This document shows, piece by piece, positions 8,112 to 11,461 of a DNA stretch of 11,461 nt. Below the pieces are notes generated by a model. It worked only from the letters and a program-made list of their open reading frames with translations, did not search any database and was not told where the DNA came from. Made by a program: the position numbers and the translations under genes. Within the stretch, counting starts at the first letter, position 1; each line of letters starts with the position of its first letter. The stretch is from Candidatus Hadarchaeota archaeon (GTDB taxonomy: Archaea; CAYQAE01; CAYVLA01), in NCBI GenBank assembly GCA_964452145.1, contig CAYVLA010000107.1:1-11461 (forward strand), given 5' to 3'.

Positions 8112-8416
8112 AGGATATCAAATCCCTGCTGAGCAGGTTCAGGGAGAAGCTGGAGCAGGACCTCAGAGTGGAGAGGATCATACCCTTCGGCAGCAGGGCG
8201 TCCGGAACAGGCCACGAGTACAGCGATGTGGACCTCATCATAGTCTCGCCGGGCTTTGAGGACAAGGGCTACTTCGAGCGAGCTGCCATGATGTATGATT
8301 ACTGGGAGTCGGATCTCCCGGTCGACTTCCTCTGCTACACGCCCGGGGAATTCCGATCCTTCAGGCAACGGGCGACCATAATCAGGGAGGCGGCAGCGAC
8401 CGGGGTAGAGGCCTGA
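8072..8416 (+). CDS. Minimal nucleotidyltransferase (MNT/MntA-type antitoxin)
   Basis: FGSRASGTGHEYSDVDLIIVS (GS-x10-DxD) and DFLCYTPGEF. Strong SD GGAGGTG at 8060-8066. Directly follows the HEPN remnant. Confidence 0.9.
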   Translation: MGRRKDAEDARNVKDIKSLLSRFREKLEQDLRVERIIPFGSRASGTGHEYSDVDLIIVSPGFEDKGYFERAAMMYDYWESDLPVDFLCYTPGEFRSFRQRATIIREAAATGVEA

Positions 8417-8913
8417 AAGGCCTTCGTCCTGATCACCATCAAGGGCTTGGACCCGACCCTCCTCGACACCCCGAAGATCGACAGGATCCGCAGAGGATCC
8501 TCGCCGAGCAGTCTTGCAGGGGGCTACGCGGTCAGCAGCTTCCTGTCACATCGACTGGGAGGAGGTGGAGGAGCTATCAACCAGCTTCTCCACAAGGCGG
8601 GACAGCACCGTCTTGATCGTCCTGACCACCCGGGTGTCGTGCAGCTATCTGGATAACAGGCCTGAGGCGAGGGCCTTCCTGTACATGAATGCCTGTGTAG
8701 ATGACGAACTGGGCCGATCCCCAGGATGTCTGCATCACCTACATGAGCGAGTCCGCCGGGATGGCGCAGACCGTCCTCTTTCACATTGAGGGGGTGGAGC
8801 GGGGGACCCACAACCTCAGGTTTCAGTGGCAGAACCATGGAGGGGCCGCCGCCCTGCTAAAAGAAACGGTTGTCGAGATCATAGTGATCCCGGACAAGAA
8901 CCTCATCTACTAG
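8417..8913 (+). pseudogene. Start-less fragment of an unknown, probably beta-sandwich protein with two +1 frameshifts
   Basis: Three consecutive ORFs (8447, 8514, 8701) join near 8546-8552 and at ggg 8711-8713 into ..GYAVSSFLSH/IDWEEVEELSTSFSTRRDSTVLIVLTTRVSC..MNACVDDEL/ADPQDVCITY..LFHIEGVERGTHNLRFQWQN..VVEIIVIPDKNLIY*. The joined sequence has an alternating hydrophobic beta-strand pattern. Confidence 0.55.
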
Positions 8914-8916
8914 CAT

Positions 8917-9246
8917 CTAGCCGCATCGGGGGGGGGGGAGGCCTGATCTACGGCAGCGAAGTCGACCTGGATCTCGGCGGCGAGATATTCGCCCAGACCA
9001 GCTGCCTGGGTCTCTCAGTTCACTCCTTAGCTCCTCACTGATGCCCAGCGCCGCCGACAGTCGCACTAGGTTGTGGGTGTGCATCCTCCGCTTCGCCACT
9101 TCGAGGTGATAGGCCTTCAAGGCCTTCTCACAAGCTTGATGCCAAAAGAAGACTGACGCATAGTAGTCCCTTGATTCATGGAGGTGTCTGGCCGTCTTCA
9201 GGTCCCTTTCCGCCTGGGCCAGCCAGTTCTCGGCCTCTTCGCGCAT
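8917..9246 (-). pseudogene. 3'-truncated HEPN-domain protein (COG2250-like)
   Basis: MREEAENWLAQAERDLKTA..FFWHQACEKALKA..HTHNLVRL is typical HEPN up to about 9010. It then turns into an R/P/G-rich non-homologous tail, with no RYP motif in the alternative frames I read. Confidence 0.82.
8928..8938 (+). repeat. G11 homopolymer
   Basis: Eleven consecutive G, the longest homopolymer in the window. Confidence 0.9.
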
Positions 9247-9278
9247 GGTCCTTCCGTTGAATACTTCTTCCCACAGGG

Positions 9279-9308
9279 ATATAAGGGTGTTTCGTCAGAA
9301 CGTCAGAA
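9279..9308 (-). promoter_or_regulatory. Putative TATA box of the HEPN gene with an adjacent 8-bp tandem repeat
   Basis: CTTATAT on the minus strand at 9279-9285, about 33 bp upstream of the ATG at 9246; cgtcagaa x2 at 9293-9308. Confidence 0.45.
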
Positions 9309-9352
9309 GACTCACGGGACCGCCACATTACCAAGAACCCGGCCCAGCAACC

Positions 9353-9428
9353 ACATCCGTGACCCTCTTCGAGTTGTGCCGAGGGGCCATGCTTTCCCCC
9401 GGAGCCAGAGAGGAGCATGGAGGAGGTG
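9353..9428 (+). pseudogene. Internal remnant of a second vapC paralogue
   Basis: 9353-9419 aligns to 6970-7035 at 57/66 nt plus a 1-bp insertion. It encodes TSVTLFELCRGAMLSP/EPERSMEEV versus TSVTVFELCRGAMLSPEPEKSMSQV. Confidence 0.88.
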
Positions 9429-9622
9429 GGCCATCCCTTTCCTCGCCCAATCTCCCTTCTCCCCTCTCAGTCCCAGAACCGGGAACCAAGGCCCAACAGC
9501 CAGACCGATAGAGCAGGATCGACTGCCCCGAAGCAGCCCCCATACCATGATCACCCAGACCAAATCCGTGCCAAGGCTTCACAGTCCTAACCATACCCAC
9601 CGGTCTGCCTGGTATCGGCCGC

Positions 9623-10939
9623 TCATTCGGCGTGGGTCAACTCTTCCAGAACCTGACGGGGGTAGAGGAGGAGGTCCCAGATCGGGAGCACTGCGATGGT
9701 GACTCCCCTTACTTCCCTCCTTCCGAACACGTCAAGGTTCAGGGCCAGGCCCGCCTTGAAGCCCGATCTCGACAGGAAGGAGGAGAGCTTGGAGAGGTCC
9801 CCCTCGCTGAATCTGACCTTGACCTCGGCGGGAACAAGCTCGTCGCCATGCCTGAGGAGGAAGTCCACCTCGTTCCTGCCCTTCCTGAAGTAGCCGGCGA
9901 TGTCCAGCTCCGAGCTGATGAAGGCCTCCAGGAGCCCGCCCAGGGACTCGCCAGCCATTGGGTTGCCGGTGGCCGAGGCATGGGCCAGGCTGGGCGTGGC
10001 CGGGTAGACCTTCCTTCCCTTCCGCGAGGCCGCCATGGCCGACGGCCTGAAGCTGGGAACAAGGTCGATCAGGAGGGAGAACCTCAGATAATGGACGTAC
10101 TTCATTATGGTCCTCCTGTTCCTCCCCAGATCGCGGGAAAGGTTCTGGTAGTTAAGCTTCATCCCAGGCCTTCTGAAGAAGATGCCGACAAGGGTCTCAA
10201 GGAGCTCCAGGTCGACGCCGCCGAACTCGATGGGGACGTCCCGGTAGATGACCCGCTCTATAATCGATGATCTGACGTAGGCAAGGACCTTCTCCTCGTC
10301 ATCCTCCAGGGCGATTTCCGGGAAGCCGGATTTGCCGGCGAAATCCATGAAGAGGGTGAGGATCCGGTCCCCCAGCATCTCGGCATCCTCGTACTTGGCG
10401 TCGAGCCCCCGCATTTCGCAGAACTCCCGGAAGGTCAGGGGCTTGAGAACGAGCTCGTATATCCTCCCGGCCAGGCTCTCCCTGGCCCTGGTCGACAGGA
10501 TGAGGGCTGCCGAGCCTGAGAGGAAGAACTTGATGTTCGGGTTGAGGTCATAGTAGGTCTTGATCTTTCCCTCCCAGTTCGATACCTTGTGTATCTCGTC
10601 CAGGAAGACGAAGATCTTGCCGGAGTCCCTGAAGCGCTTCTTGAGGATGGCGGAGGAGTATGCCTCCAGCACCTCGCCGAGATCGTATCTCTCCTCGTCA
10701 AAGGAGAAATAGAGGATCGCCCTGGCATCAACCCTCTCTTCGAGGAGGTGCTCGATCAGCTGGTAGAGGAGGGTGGTCTTGCCCACCCTTCTCAGACCGG
10801 TGATGAGGACGATCTGCCGGTCCGGGAGGAACCTCAGGACCTGGGGGTAGAGATAGCGCCTGTACCCCTCCTGCCTCCTGTCGTCAACAGCCCCCGTCTC
10901 CCACCACTCGTTGAACCTGGCCAGGACGGAAACGTCCAT
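9623..10939 (-). CDS. AAA_14 ATPase with DUF4143 (COG1373-like), carrying a wHTH and a C-terminal PD-(D/E)XK-like domain
   Basis: Walker A GLRRVGKT, Walker B FVFLDEIH, SGSA, ESLAGR, PLTFREF, GFPE, HTH-like LNYQNLSRDLGRNRRTIMKYVHYL, and EVDF..PAEVK. Confidence 0.92.
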   Translation of the reverse strand: MDVSVLARFNEWWETGAVDDRRQEGYRRYLYPQVLRFLPDRQIVLITGLRRVGKTTLLYQLIEHLLEERVDARAILYFSFDEERYDLGEVLEAYSSAILKKRFRDSGKIFVFLDEIHKVSNWEGKIKTYYDLNPNIKFFLSGSAALILSTRARESLAGRIYELVLKPLTFREFCEMRGLDAKYEDAEMLGDRILTLFMDFAGKSGFPEIALEDDEEKVLAYVRSSIIERVIYRDVPIEFGGVDLELLETLVGIFFRRPGMKLNYQNLSRDLGRNRRTIMKYVHYLRFSLLIDLVPSFRPSAMAASRKGRKVYPATPSLAHASATGNPMAGESLGGLLEAFISSELDIAGYFRKGRNEVDFLLRHGDELVPAEVKVRFSEGDLSKLSSFLSRSGFKAGLALNLDVFGRREVRGVTIAVLPIWDLLLYPRQVLEELTHAE

Positions 10940-10941
10940 GA

Positions 10942-10998
10942 AAGTGCACTGCGATGCACTAATATTTAACTTTTTAGTACACTAGCGTGCACTAATAT
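10942..10998 (-). promoter_or_regulatory. BRE/TATA promoter flanked by two 20-bp palindromic operator-like sites
   Basis: Minus strand AAAAAG-TTAAATA (10963-10975) about 24 bp upstream of the ATG. Sites are AAGTGCA-N6-TGCACTA (10942-10961) and TAGTACA-N6-TGCACTA (10975-10994). Confidence 0.75.
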
Positions 10999-11095
10999 GA
11001 ACACATCCGGTCCAGCTGTCCGGAGAACCCCTTGGTCCCTGAGGCGCCCGAGTCAAGCACGGTCATTGGGAGATAGCTGCTCCCTGAGTGGAAGG

Positions 11096-11136
11096 AAAAA
11101 AAGACTACCCCATGCCCCATTACGGGATGCGGGGCA
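11096..11136 (-). terminator. Putative terminator (GC stem followed by T7)
   Basis: Minus strand tgcccc-N12-ggggca, then after 10 nt TTTTTTT. It begins about 50 bp downstream of the TAG at 11184. Confidence 0.45.
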
Positions 11137-11183
11137 GCAGCGTTTGCGCGTTTCGTCAGCGATGTTCGTCTGTTGTCATTCGA

Positions 11184-11378
11184 CTACTTGGCCCTTGCGA
11201 GTGCGGTGTCAGCCTGCAGGAAGCCGGAGCCCCAGTCGTTTCCGGACCAGTCGAAGTGGTAGAGTCCGGTATCGGGGTCATAGATCACCCATGCGCCGTC
11301 GCTAGGCAGTGGCAAGCCCTTTGCGACCCTGAGTTTCTCGTAGGCGTCCCCCCGGAGGGAGATCTTCTTCGAAGCCAT
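11184..11378 (-). pseudogene. Chimeric ORF: 20 codons of an archaeal VapB/DUF217-like antitoxin fused in frame to the 3' end of an unrelated gene
   Basis: MASKKISLRGDAYEKLRVAK matches the KTISLxxxAYExL..K pattern, but the expected ESFSDVI part is replaced by GLPLPSDGAWVIYDPDTGLYHFDWSGNDWGSGFLQADTALARAK. Confidence 0.6.
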
Positions 11379-11461
11379 ATGCGGGACATCAGAGCTCTTC
11401 TGCCAGAGAAGTTGGATATCGTGACCACGATGTCCTCTGTGTCGAGGGAATTGGCCATCCT

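Noticed and set aside
7867..8265. N-terminal half of the 250-aa ORF 7513-8265
   Set aside because: It is the antisense of the HEPN and MNT coding sequence and has no PIN features.
282..10969. Numerous long antisense or alternate-frame ORFs (e.g. 284-901, 2236-2853, 4994-5602, 9632-10270)
   Set aside because: They are shadow ORFs of well-supported genes, as expected in high-GC DNA, and show no motifs.
11379..11461. Open frame at the right edge (RMANSLDTEDIVVTISNFSG, minus strand)
   Set aside because: Too short and cut by the window edge to assign.

Overview
GC-rich window that looks archaeal, based on TATA/BRE promoters about 25 bp upstream of starts, HEPN-MNT, PIN and DUF4143 families, and an IPE-TM C-terminal sorting signal. 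A Bathyarchaeia-like origin is an inference. The left part is an intact minus-strand operon for nucleotide-sugar/surface-glycan synthesis: DegT-family aminotransferase, NAD-dependent epimerase, FemAB-like GNAT and GT2. Next is a secreted surface-protein gene broken by an in-frame TGA and a 26-bp tandem duplication. The right part is a toxin-antitoxin (TA) hotspot with one intact AbrB-VapC pair, an intact MNT, and an AAA_14/DUF4143 ATPase whose promoter is bracketed by two palindromic operator-like sites. The most striking feature, mostly invisible in the ORF track, is that many intergenic gaps consist of short remnants of other TA genes (MNT, HepT/DUF86, DUF3368 PIN, two HEPN halves, vapC, vapB). 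These remnants are joined abruptly to unrelated fragments, and no transposase or integrase is present in the window. Family assignments come from motif recognition, not database searches.
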